The position numbers and the translations under genes were made by a program. This document shows positions 38,002 through 50,457 of a stretch of DNA of 64,000 nucleotides, in pieces. The notes below the pieces were generated by a model. The model worked only from the letters and a program-made list of their open reading frames with translations, was not told the origin of the DNA and searched no databases. The stretch is from Camelus dromedarius (Eukaryota): assembly GCF_036321535.1 (NCBI RefSeq), contig NC_087472.1, forward strand, positions 99,140,001 through 99,204,000, in the 5' to 3' direction. Each line of letters opens with the position of its first letter. Within the stretch, counting starts at the first letter, position 1.

Positions 38002-39507
38002 CTTTATATCCACCTTCATGTTTAGTTAAATACCTAGTAAATATAAAGTGAATAAATGTTTTTTCCCCACCTCAATTTTAATCACTGCTTTCATTTTCAT
38101 TTATCATTCCATAAATAGGAGAACAAACCATAGAGGTGTCATTAATCACAGTAATAAGTTACAGTTATTTTCTATTAAAAGAAAGATTCCATTTTTGTTC
38201 ATAATATATTTGCTTTATCTTACTAAAGAGTTAATCTTTGTGACAAAAGATTGTTAATAAAAACTGGTATTCTCGATCATACAGCCCAAGTTGTGGCTTG
38301 CTCCTAAAGTTCAGGGGTTATGTTGTTTGCCAACTATATAAAACATACTCTAAAGACAAAGCCCCAAAGCAACATAAAAATGAATTTTTAAAAGAATTTT
38401 GAATTATTGTGACTTTTTTGCATTAAATAATGTAGACTTCTGAGTACGTTCTCTCTTAAGTACTTTTTTTTTCCCTTCAAGAATGCAATTCTTAAAAATT
38501 TAAAACTAGTTAGGCAATTTGGGATTCCTCTGGGATTTTGACGCCAAAGCCTCCACTGACATTTTGAGGAGTTAATGGTTATAATTTGGTTATAATTGCC
38601 TGTAGCAATGTCACTGCCTTTAAAATAAAAGCCTCAGGACTTTTTTTCTAATGTATTAGATTACACTCTATTCAAAAGAACAGGATTTATTCTACAGAAA
38701 AACATACTGAGTACACTGATCTTTCTTCCAAAAGTCTACTTTTCTAATGTGAATCCTAAAACTATTATCACACATTTGTGGAAAAATTTATTTCTCCAAT
38801 CCTTCATTTTATACAATCAAAGATTCTCTGGGATGTCAACTTTTAATTTTTATTTTCCTTTTTCAAAGAGTCATTATTCTTTGTGGTACAGAATCCTTAC
38901 TCCTTTGTCAGGGTTGGGGTAGAAATGCCCCAGACCCTACTGAGATGAGATTTGGGGCACTGAGTCCCAGCTGATGACTAATAGCAGAAAGACCAGTGCT
39001 TCCTCACAATGGCCAGTGGCATCGTAGAGTGGCCACCATGGCTGCTGCTCAGAAGAGAGACCAAAAACTGTGGTAACTGTGGCACTTCACTTGGAACTGC
39101 CCACACAGAAGGAAGAAGAACGTAGTGCCTAGAAAGCGGTAGTCATGGGTAAAAACGGCACATCCCGGAGCATTTAGGTACTCGAATAGAGCTGGTCTTG
39201 GGAACGGGTTGAATAAGTGGCTGACGTATAGGGCTGTGTGAAATGCTCCAGAAGGAACCAGGAAAGAAGTAGGACAGATAGCAACCCGAAGGGCTTCCTC
39301 CCAGGCCAGATCAGCCACTGGAAGAGGCTAAGCCAGTCTCCCACGGAGAAGGCTTTTACATCTGTCAGCACTGCAGCTGAAAGGCAGACTGGGAACCCTA
39401 CTCCAGGTTCATTCCATCCTCTCTCCAACTATAGGTTCCATACTTCTCCAGTTCTTTTCCTTTATGGCACCACAGTCTGCCAGCATTTTGTTTTCACACT
39501 AGTGGAT

Positions 39508-39509
<2 letters not shown>

Positions 39510-39569
<60 letters not shown>

Positions 39570-39572
39570 CGC
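39510..39572. repeat. long pure (GT)n microsatellite with a GC-variant tail
   Basis: direct reading. Confidence 0.97.
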
Positions 39573-39599
39573 ATGTGACAAGGGAACAAGGAAGCTAAC

Positions 39600-39825
39600 A
39601 TGTAAGAAACGCCTAGTATGTCCCAGCCACTGTGTGAGCTGCATCATGTACATGTAACTTCACTTCATTAACACAAGGTTCAGAGGCCAAGTATGGTGGA
39701 AAGCATTGTTCAGATAAAGAAACTGAGGCTCAGAGAGGTTAAGGAACTTTCTCCAGGTCACAGAGCTAGGCTATGCACCTAAGACTGACTCCAAAATTGA
39801 TTTTCTTCCTAACCACACCCCACTG
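39600..39825 (-). mobile_element. MIR SINE
   Basis: cagataaagaaactgaggctcagagaggttaaggaactttctccaggtcacagagcta. Confidence 0.8.
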
Positions 39826-40180
39826 ATACCATTAGGATCCTCACTTCTCTGAAAAATTAGAGTGCCTGTTTTCTCAAGACTGTTAAACATGTAGTGCCTT
39901 GTTATACTCCAGTAGATAAGGACTTTCCAGCAACAATATTCATCTCAGACCAGAGAAGTGTCGTTGTGTACTGGAAAGAAGGTTAGCATGGGAGAAAGAG
40001 ATTCGAAGTTGTCACCTCTAGCTGGTGGCTACCTAAAGTTATTTAATTCCCTGTGGCTCTGATTATTAATTATCACAAAAATGGAAATAACCGTATTTTC
40101 ATATCAGGACATAAGTAAAAGTGAAAGAGTTTTGTAAGCTGTATACCATAGTGCAAAAGGAAAATATGAAAGGAAAATGA

Positions 40181-40578
40181 GGGAAACAACACAGATGTCC
40201 ATCAACTGGTAAGTGGATAAACTGTGGTACATCCATACAATGAGATACTGTTAAGCAATAAAAAGGAACAAACTACTAACACGTGCAACAACATGAATGA
40301 ATCAATCACAGATGCATTCCGCTAATTGAAGAAGTCAGACTCTAAAGGCTAGATCATGTAGGATATCATTTATAAGACATTCTGGAAAAAGCAAAACTGT
40401 CAAGACAGCAGAAAGAGGAAGGGGCTGACTACAAAGGGGCATGAGAGAACTTTGTAGAGTGATGGGAAAATCCTATATCTTGATTGTGGTGGTGGTTACA
40501 TGACTGTGTCAAAATACAGAATTGTACACATAAGAAGAGTGAATTATACCTCAATAATCCTGAATTAAAAAAAAAAAA
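40181..40578 (+). mobile_element. L1MC/MD-like 3' end with poly(A)
   Basis: atgtccatcaactggtaagtggataaactgtggtacatccatacaatg...tcttgattgtggtggtggttacatgac; TSD aaaggaaaatga 40169-40180 / aaagtaaaatga 40576-40587. Confidence 0.88.
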
Positions 40579-42059
40579 GTAAAATGAAGTTACCAGATAC
40601 TTAATTCTAACTAGTTATAAAATTCTGATTTGATCACTTTGGGGAGCCATTTGCATCCCGATGAACAAGATGCTTCTGTTCCTTTGGAACAAATGTTTGC
40701 TCTGAGTTAGAGAGCATCCTTGTGATCATGAATGATTAATGCAGCATCCTGCTCAAAGATCTCTGCAGGGCCTTTGCTGGGAGCCATATTCCTGGTCATC
40801 TTTTTAAAGCAATCTCCATTTGGCAAGGGTTGTACCTTTACTTGACGCTTCAAAGTATTCCAAGCTGAACCACTTTCAAAATGCAGGCTGCAGCCAGCCA
40901 GCAAGCTCCTCCTGGCATCTTGTAATATGGGAAGACCCGACCTTGTTATCTTCCAAAGAGAATATCCAAGAGCTCAGCCATAATTACCCGACTCTGGAGT
41001 CTGGCTTGCCCTTTCTTAATGCTAAGCAGGCTGCTGCTGAATCAGAGAAAGCCTATAGAGGCTTTTTCTATTTGAAATGACAAAAATTTCCAGGCTAAGC
41101 ATTCAACTGACATTAGCAGGGCTTCCCATCTCAAAATCAATTTGCAACATTTCAGTTTTGAAAGGTAAAGGCCAAAGGGATAAGAGCTTGGTTTTTTGAC
41201 AACAGAACTACATTACCTTTCTAATCTAAAGTAGGTTGATCAAAAATAACACAGAGACATTCTGACTGAAGATTTCCATTTTTGTTTTAACTAGGGGGAA
41301 ACTATTTCAAATTTTTTCCACAAAGTTTTCAAATATTCGTTTTTGAAAGCTTTGGTAATGGCTATAATTGAAGTTATGTATTTGAAATCCCCAACCATCA
41401 AATATTTTCAAATGAAACAGTTGGCATTTTTATTAGATCTGTACCTTTTTTAAGTGCACCAAATAGATGGGGCAGTTAAATCATAAAATATTTATAAGAA
41501 AAACCCCAACCTTAAACAAACCTTTTGAGACATCTCATTAGCAACTGTGACAATCTTGAAACTGAAGACATAAAATTCCTTTTATTTTCTTAATCCTTTA
41601 AAAAAATTCTTAAAAATTCATATGATCTGCATTTGACCAGTATTCTGCACGTTAATTCCATGTGTTGAGGGAGCACCATTCCTTTCAGTGGAGAGAATTC
41701 CCTTTGATTCCTGTGGTTTTTGTTAATTCTCCTAGCCACATTCCACGCAATTGGCAATCTCAGAAATGTAAATCTTCCCTCGGAGTTCTTTGCCAGGCAC
41801 ACAGGCAGCTTTAAGATTCAACCAAGCATTGAGACAGTGTTCCCACTCTGGAGAAATGACTGATTGGATGGATTAAATGTGCTTCCGAAGTGATTTCCAA
41901 ATGGCTATTAAAAACGGAGGCTAATTAAATATAGTCATTGAAGAGCAGTACTTAACTTGACGAGCTCCTGTATTATACATTCTTCTCAAAGAAGCCATGT
42001 GCTCTGGAATTTTCTACAAAGGGGGAAAATGAAAAGAGCATGAATGTCCAGTGAAAAAG

Positions 42060-42360
42060 CAAAGGTTTAGCAAACTATGGGACATGAACCAAAAGGAATG
42101 CTATGTGGTCATTTAAAACAATCATTAGGAAGACATTATAACTATTTGGGGACCTTCTTATAATGCATTAAAGGAAAAAGCAGATTGTTAGGTGGAATGT
42201 GTGTTACAATTATAATCATGAAAAATGTATGCTTGTGAACAACTGTGATCTAATAAAACACAGAAATTGTAATAGCTCTATTTAAATGAGGGGTATATAA
42301 TTGAATCCTGTTTTTTTTTTATTTTCTTTAATGCTGTGATTATATCCTTCTTTTAAATTT
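42060..42360 (+). mobile_element. L1ME-like 3' remnant
   Basis: aaactatgggacat...ggaatgctatgtggtcatttaaaa...ggaaaaagcag. Confidence 0.45.
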
Positions 42361-42463
42361 AAAGAATGCTTTTTATCTGCACTCTTCTTACTGAAGATAG
42401 GAATATGAATCCTGAGTGTACATGACGCATTCTGATCACCATGAATTCAATTCAAGCTGCAAT

Positions 42464-42476
42464 GTTGCCTAGCAAC
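42464..42476. promoter_or_regulatory. RFX X-box motif (candidate)
   Basis: gttgcctagcaac fits GTNRCC-N(0-3)-RGYAAC exactly; motif match only. Confidence 0.4.
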
Positions 42477-42839
42477 AGGATAACTTTTCTGCAGTGAAAT
42501 TCCCCAGTAGCAGCAACCTATGAAGTATCCCATGAGGAATTCCCTACCTTAAGTGCACCTCATACCCTTATTACTCTGTTCTCATATTCCACTGCTTCGG
42601 GGGAATTTCATAATCTAATCATGCAGAAATATTAAAATTTGGAGGGTTGAATTTTAAAATCCACATCCCTGGATGTTTTGCCTCTCTGCCTGGAAGAGGA
42701 GAATGGAGTAAGGGACTTTTCTAGATGTCTTCCAGTCTGTAATATTCCCCAGCTAAGAAGAACAAGGAAGGAAAATGGTGAGAGCTTTGATTTCTAATCT
42801 TTATGGATGGTAGCTTGACATGGCTCCAATGAGACATAA

Positions 42840-44830
42840 TTTTTTAATTATTATTATTAATAGGTTTTTGAGATATAATGACAAAATTTACTATAAAACT
42901 CATCCTCTTAAATTGGTTTTTAGTATATTTGCAGAGATGCACAACAGTCAATTTTAGAACATTCTCATCACCTCAAAAAGAAACCCTATAACCACTGGCA
43001 GTCATTCCCCATTTCTCTCCAACCCTCCCCCCAGCCCTAGGTAACCACCAAACTACTTTCTGTCTCTATGGATTTGCCTAGTCTGGATATTTTATATACA
43101 TGGAATCATACAGTATGTGGTCTTTCGTGTCTGGCTTCTTTCATTTAGCATAATGTTTTCAAGGCTCATCCGTGGTGAAGTATGTATCAGTACTTCATTT
43201 CTTTTTTATTGCCAAATAATATTCCATTGTGCAGATATACCACAATATGTTTATCCATTCATCTGCTGATGGACATTTGGATTGTTTCCACTTTTTTAAA
43301 TTGAAGTATAGTCAATTGCAATGTGTCAATTTCTGGTGTACAGCATAATGTCCCAGTCATGCATATATATACATATATTCATTTTCATATTCTTTTTCAT
43401 TAAAGGTTATTACAAGATATTGAATATACTTCACTGTGTTATACAGAAGAAATTTGTTCTTTAATCTATTTTTATATGTAGTAGTTAATATTTGCAAATC
43501 ACAAACTCCCAAATTTATCCCTTCCCACCCCCTTTCCTCTGGTAACTGTAAGATTGTTTACTATGTCTGTGAGTCTGTTTCTATTTTGTAGATGAATTCA
43601 TTAGTGTCTTCTTTTTTCTTTTTTTAGATTCCATATATGAGTGATATCATATGGTATTTTTCTTTCTCTTTCTGGCTTACTTCACTTAGAATGACAATCT
43701 CCAGGTCTATCCATGTTGCTGCAAATGGCATTATTTTATTCTTTTTTTACCACTGAGTGGTATTCCATTGTATAAATATACCACAACTTCTTTATCAAGT
43801 CCTCTGTCAATGGAAATTTAAGTTGCTTCCATGTCTTGGCCATCGTATATAGTGCTGCTATGAATATTGAGGTGCATGTATCTTTTTGAATTAGAGTTCT
43901 CTCTGGATATATGCCCAGAAGTGGGATTGCTGGATCATATAGTAAGTCTATTTTTAATTTTCTGAGAAATCTCCATACTGTTTTCCATAATGACTGCACC
44001 AAACTACATCCACACCACAGTGTAGGAGGGTTCCCTTTTCTCCACACCCTCTCCAGCATTTATTGTTTGTGGACTTTTGAATGATGGCCATTCTGACTGG
44101 TGTGAGGTGATCCTTCGTTGTAGTTTTGATTTGCATTTCTCTGATAATTAGTGATATTGAGCATTTTTTCATGTGCCTGTTGGCCATTTGTATGTCTTCA
44201 TTGGAGAAATGCTTATTTAGGTCTTCTGCCCATTTCTGGATTGGGTTTTTGTTGTTGTTGTTATTAAGTTATATGAGCTGTTTATATATTCTGGAAATTA
44301 AACCTTTGTCAGTCGCATCATTTGCAAATATTTTGTTTCATTGCATAGGTTATTGTTTTGTTTTACTTATGGTTTCCTATTTGTACTTTTTGACTGTTAC
44401 AAATAATGCTGCTATGAACATTTGTGCACAAGTTTTTATGTGGACATGTTTCCTTTCTCTTGGAAATGTACCAAGGAGTGGAATTGCTAGGTCATATGGT
44501 AATTCTATGTTTAACATTTTGAGGAAATATCAAACTCTTTTCCAAAATGGCTGTGCATTTTACATTCCCATCAGCAGTATATGAGGATTCCAATTTTTCC
44601 ACATCCTCACCAACACTTGTTATTGTCTCTCGTCTTGATTATAGCCATCCTAGTAGGTGTGAGGTGGTGTCTCATTGTGGCTTTAATTTGCATTTCCTTG
44701 ATGACTAATGATCTTGTCTAATGTTCATTTGCTGTTTGTTTATTTTCTTTGGAGAAACATCTATTCAAATTCTTTGCACATTTCTAAATTGGGTTATTTA
44801 TCTTCTTTATTGTTGAGTTGCTTTTTCTTT
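42840..44830 (-). mobile_element. L1MB-like 3' region, split by a young L1 at 43292-44378
   Basis: ttttagaacattctcatcacctcaaaaagaaacccta...ggacatttggattgtttccacttttt resumes as actttttgactgttacaaataatgctgc at ~44385. Confidence 0.9.
43292..44378 (-). mobile_element. young 5'-truncated L1 (3' UTR type 2)
   Basis: ORFs 43736-44059 and 43954-44187 ([14 protein letters not shown]); short duplication acttttt at both flanks. Confidence 0.95.
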
Positions 44831-45359
44831 TTTCTTTTTCCCTTTTAGTACTTGGATTCTTTGTGGAGATGCATTGATGTCAAGGCCTTCACAGGCCCCC
44901 AGACACTCAGACCAAGACAGTTACTACCAGTTAGGGAGGAGAACAGAGGGCAGTCACTGTACATCAGTGTCAGTGAATGGAGACACAGCAGGCCCCAGGG
45001 AATGATCCCAATGAACATGCTTATATCTGTCTGGATTCCTTATGTCACCCCTGAAATCAGAATCTTGCTGTTCAGTCTGCATGGAGCACAATGCCTGCTC
45101 TTCCTCTCAAACAGCACTAGGGGAGGGGGTACTTTGTACTGTAAAAAGAAAAGAATGGCCATTGTCACTGCCTACCATCCCCTACCCCCTGTGGTCAAGT
45201 TCTATGCTTATTATATTCCCCACTATTGACCCTAGATCCTGGCAATCAGTTGACAAATAAATGAATGTAAAAACCTCCTTCTAAAATGTAAGTAACAGTG
45301 AGCTGGTTGCTCTTGCTTGAAAATTTCCTATATGCCCAAATTTTGTGTTTAACATACAT

Positions 45360-45630
45360 TTTAGCACTTACTGCTATAAACATTTTACAAATAATTTTAC
45401 TTAATTATTTACAAATATTTCTAACACTTCACAAATAATTTTAAACCAATTTCATCCTCCTAACAATTATGTGAAGTAGGTACATTATTATCTCCATTTT
45501 ATGGATGAGGAAACGGAGGCATAGACAGGCAAAGTAACCTGCCCAAGGCCAACAGCTGATGAGCCGTGGAGCCAGATTCAAACCCTTGCCTGGATCCAGT
45601 CTGTGTTCTCAACTGCCACGCAATGCTCCC
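45360..45630 (-). mobile_element. MIR SINE
   Basis: ctccattttatggatgaggaaacggaggcatagacaggcaaagtaacctgcccaaggcc. Confidence 0.85.
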
Positions 45631-46249
45631 TTGCCAATTGTTTTAATATATTGTAGGGGAAAGAAGGGCAATGTTGGAGCCTATTTCATGTAAAGTCATC
45701 TCTTTTCAATAGATCAGTTCAAAAAAGTCATCGAAAGCATGATTTGAGAAGGGAGCCTGCCATGAATCAGTTCCCCAAATAATTTTGTGCTGATGCAATG
45801 TTGAATTTCATTTTCATATGTTAGTGCTTCCTTTCCTTACAGCTAGTTATCCATTTGTCTTTGGTAAAATGGTAGTCCCTAACCCAGTTTTGCACAAGCC
45901 AGCATTCTCTAAGTGTTTGATGGCATTGAGTGAATTAATGAATTAACTAATGTACAGTGCACAACACTTCTGGCTGCTTGCCTAGAGCAGGCCTCTCTCC
46001 AAGAAAGAACCTATGCAGGTCTGGCTGGCTCCTGGGGACAAATACAACGTCCTTGTTCCACCCTGTACCCAGAGGACAGCTGAGCCTGCCTCACATTTTT
46101 GTTGTCCAAGGGCACCACCTAAAACAGAAGCCCTTCTGGTCATCTGAACTCGGCATTTTCATCCCCTACTGCTCTGCTCTGTTCTTTTCCCTGATATAAC
46201 CATCCACTTCTCCCCTCCCTTCCAAAATCTCCACCCTAAGTCTTCTAGA

Positions 46250-47300
46250 GCCCTCCCTTCCATAGTAAACACATTCACCTTGATCCCCCACCTTCTCTGC
46301 TCAGGCTCTGCCGCAGAGGACACATCTACACAGCTCTGATGAAGAGGCTGGTAGTGCTGCTACACTCCCGGGCAGTGAGAAGTCTCCTCACTCCTCTTGC
46401 TTTTCCCCTATCACTGTTCCTCCACCTCCTTACAAAAATGGTGGAAATTATGGGCCACCTCTCCCAATCCACTTTCGCTTAACACATGTCATCTGTCTGT
46501 CACACTACTTACTCCCCCAATTGCACTTGTTTACTGACTTTCTCAACTCTTTCATCTCATTCCCCATTTATTTTAGACATTATTTCCTGGTCACGATTTT
46601 TTTGTCAACTTCAAGTCCTGCATCTGTCCTGTGTCACTTCAGAGTAGAGGGATCCATCCACCAAATACCCAGTATTCCCAGTTCCTGCATGTTTTCCTCT
46701 CCAAGCACCTTGTCCCCACTAAACATATCAACTTCCACGGCCACACGCTATACATTGTCACCACCAAGAACTGCTCTCTCTCCCTCTTGCTCTCTTTCTC
46801 TCTCCCTCTTCTCCCCTCTCCATCTCTATCTCTTGATCTCTCCCTCTCTTTCTCTCCTAAATTCAAGCTCTGATTAGAATATCTTATTCTTTATATTTTC
46901 ATTTTTACTCTCACTACACTTGTTCTTCATCATTATCCACAGCTCTTTTATTTTACTCTATCAGTTCTTTTTTTTCCTGCTATTTCCCTCCTTTACTAGC
47001 CATCAATTCAGCCATTTTCTTGCCAATATCATTGACATTTTAAAAATTCCATCTGCTCCATTCTTTCCTCTGTATCCATTCAACAGACTCCACACCAGCT
47101 TCCCTACCTTCAATCTTGTTTTCTTCCAACCCATTTTCCAATATCAGCCAGAGCGACCTTTCTAAAATGCAAATCTAGCCATGGTGCTCCCTCATTTAAA
47201 CTCTTCTGTGACTTCTCACCACTCTTAAGATAAAGTCCAAGTTCTTCATATGGTTTTGAAGTCCTTCCTAATCTGGCCTCTTCTTATGTGTCCAGGAGCT
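46250..47300 (+). mobile_element. L2 fragments with CT-rich low-complexity tract (46775-46858)
   Basis: caacttccacggccacacgctatacattgtc (EN-like region); ccagagcgacctttctaaaatgcaaatctagccatg...ttaagataaagtccaa. Confidence 0.6.
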
Positions 47301-47489
47301 TACCTTCACTTTCAATTGTTTTTCCACCTCAGCTCCTAGGCCGCCAAACACAGGTGGAGGAAAAATTATGTCATTGTACCAATGAGTTCTACTACAAATC
47401 CAGACTTCCCAAACTCTAATAAAATATATTCCTTTTAGATCAGAACCATAAGTTTTGTATACCTGTATGGGGACCTAATTGTCTAAAAA

Positions 47490-48260
47490 TATTTTATGTT
47501 GTAATCATTATTTTAAATTAAAAGATTAATATTTGCTTTTTATAAAATCAAAAAGTCAACAAAGATGAAAGGATAAAATAAAATGTGAAGATCAGTGAGT
47601 ATCTTTCTAGACTTTTTGTAGATGCATATATGCATGCATGTGCAAATACACATACAACACATACACATATATTCACCCTAGAGCTTTTGGTTTGGTTTGG
47701 TTTGAATGGAATGCAGAAAGATCCTTTCTCCTAGAAGAAAATCATTAGTAATATCCAATATGTATCCTTTCAGATATATCCTTCACATGTACAAATCTGC
47801 ATATAAAATTACAAATATGCATATAAGCATACATGGTTTTGTTACATGATTTTATTTTCCAAAAAAGGACATGTCATACACATTAGACTATAACTTAATC
47901 TTTTCACTTTACAACATATTGTCTCTCCACATCAATGCATATCTGTGCCCCATCTAAGACAGACATCCATCTGAATAAGATTCCATTTTGGGGATGTACT
48001 GCAAGTTTTTCAACCAGTTGTTTATTGAATAGGCATTTATGTTATTTCAGATTTGGTGTCTGTTTTAAACAATTCTTCAATAAACACATTCTGTGGATCT
48101 AGTTCTACATGACAAATTCATAGAAGAGGAACTTTTACATCAAAATTAATACACTGATTAAATTTCAATATGTAAGTACCAAATTGGCCTCCAAAGATAT
48201 TTTAGCATTTTACACTCTCGCTAGCTACGTCTGAGACACCCATTTACCCAACCCACACCT
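47490..48260 (-). mobile_element. L1ME-like 3' region
   Basis: tttttcaaccagttgtttattgaataggcatttatgttatttc; accaaattggcctccaaaga...atttacactctc-like. Confidence 0.6.
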
Positions 48261-48299
48261 CGTCCTACAGCTTCCTCATCATTGCTTTCGGACCAACTT

Positions 48300-49090
48300 T
48301 TTACTCATTCCTAACAATGTCTCTAGCCCATTAGTTTTCTCACATCTCCAACCAATCCTCTTACTCTCAACAAACAGCCTTTTAACTCTCTAAGGAAATA
48401 GGGCTCACCCAACAAACCCTGCCTTATAAATTCATCTCTCTTCATCTTTATCCATCTTCTGCTTGTTACACCAAATTATAGACAGAGCCACGTCTTTTGC
48501 ATTGCCAAGGCTAATGCTCTCACCAGTGCTGGCAAACCTGTCCTTCTCTCACTCTTCTTTTCTGGATCATTACAAGTGCCTCTGAACTGGGTTCTCTTAC
48601 CCTCTTCTAGCCCATCTAATCCAGCCTTCATATGGTCAGAACACTGATCAAACTATGTCTATCTCCTGCCCAAAAATCTCTCTTGGCTTCCTAATGCATG
48701 TAGAAAAGCATACAAACACCAGGTCCTTTTCTCTCTGTGTCTTTGCTCATTTTGTTCCCTTTTTCTGTAAAATACTTCTTCCTGCTTCACCACTGGAAGC
48801 TTTCTTCATGTTTCAAGGCCCAATTCAAAAACCTCTCCTCCCTGAAAATTCCCTAAAACACCCAGGTGAAATCGGCCCATTCTTAACTTCTCAGAGCCAC
48901 ACATTTCTGCTTTACTTTTGGCCGTTGTCCCATCACACTGCTTAGAATAGTTATTTATGTACATACATATTTATCTCCATGAGTCTAAAATATGTTCTTT
49001 TTAGATCAGAATCAGAAGTTTTGTATACCATAGCACCTGGCACGGTGAGACTATATAAAAAGCCCTCAAAAATGTTTTTAAATATGTTTA
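48300..49090 (+). mobile_element. L2 fragments
   Basis: ttcaaggcccaattcaaaaacctctcctccctgaaaattccct...tagcacctggcacggtgag...caaaaatgttttt. Confidence 0.6.
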
Positions 49091-49687
49091 TTAGTACCAC
49101 AAAAATAAAAAGAACACTAACATTTGTTCAGTATCAGATGTCCAGATGGTGTATCATATAAATAAAATCTATTTGATAAAATCACAAAGAAACATTTAAG
49201 TAAGGAATTATCTTTGTGAAAAAATATAAAACAAATGATCTCATATATTTCTAATTCTACAGCTTATAAAACATTACCTACCTCCTCTCAGCTCCATCAT
49301 GACACCCTATTTTGCCTCCAAATCTCAAGAATGGGATACTTAAAACCCACATACATTTGCATGTAATGGCTTAGCCTCACACCCCCTTCTCTTTCTGTGC
49401 CCTCACCATCATTGTACCTCCAATTAGGATTTAAGCAAAGATAATAGAGATAATTTTGAGTCTTTTGGTCAGAAACCAAAGATACTTTCCTGGTCAGATC
49501 CTCTATGACTAGGGAAAAAGTATGATCCCTCACCTCGTTTCTTTGAAAGTACAGCTGATTACCACATCTAAGCCTATTAATTGTTAAACCTACTAAATAT
49601 TCCAAATAAAAAATGTTTAATATTTGATCCATGTAAAATTATAAAGGTTATGTTCATAATGGAAAATGTAATGAAAAGTGGTAAACA

Positions 49688-49935
49688 ATAATATTTACCA
49701 TTTTTGAGCACTTACCATAGTCCAGACACGTTGTACCAACACTTTACATGTAATCTTTCATTTAATCCTCACCAAGTGCAGTAGATATAATCATACTAAT
49801 TTTGGAAGTTAGGAAACTGAGGGTTAGAAGGACTAAGTAATTTGTTCACGGTAACATAGCCACCAAGTGTCAGGACACAAACATAGATATGCCTCAGACC
49901 CCAGCCCATGTTCTTTGTCACCACTCTAAACCACC
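49688..49935 (-). mobile_element. MIR SINE
   Basis: ttttgagcacttaccat...tcatttaatcctcac...aggaaactgagggttagaaggactaagtaatttgttcacggtaaca. Confidence 0.8.
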
Positions 49936-50119
49936 AGCCACCATGAAGAAAACACATATTTCTGTAAAACACTCTGCAAAGAAGTTTCCAAAAGTACATA
50001 TATGTCCCCTTTTTGACCAAGGAATTCCAACAAATCAGGAATTCATTGTAAGAAAATAATCTTTCTCCCCTCTCCATTACCCTTGCTGTTGAAGAATCTG
50101 TAATGTCTTCCAAATTCTC

Positions 50120-50457
50120 TATTTGTTCCATGCTATTTCCCAACCTCCTTATAGACTAGTTCTGGTCAGTGAGTTGGGAGCAGAGGGATATGTGTCACTC
50201 CCAGGTACAAGCAGTGAAAGGTCTGTTCATAATTTTCCAGTATCACTTCCTCTGCTGTGATAATTGAGCTAGACACATATTCCAGAGCTCATCTACAATA
50301 TTGTGAAATCTCCATCAAACTGGGTCCTTGAGGACTGTATGCCTCTTCCCCCACTGGCACATGATAAGCATGTAACATGAGTGTGAAACAAGTCATTATT
50401 GTAATAAGCCACTGTTATTTAGGGGTCAATTTGTTACTAAAACATAACCTATTGTAA
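50120..50457 (+). mobile_element. old MLT1 (I/J/K-like) LTR
   Basis: ctagttctggtcagtgagttgggagcagag...tgtgtcactcc...aagccactgttatttaggggtcaatttgttactaaaacataaccta. Confidence 0.7.

Noticed and set aside
39238..39657. 139-aa ORF with VC repeats (and antisense HT repeats)
   Set aside because: Produced by the (GT)n microsatellite and the adjacent MIR.
44126..44584. Hydrophobic 152-aa ORF resembling a membrane protein
   Set aside because: Antisense reading of L1 across the junction of two nested elements.
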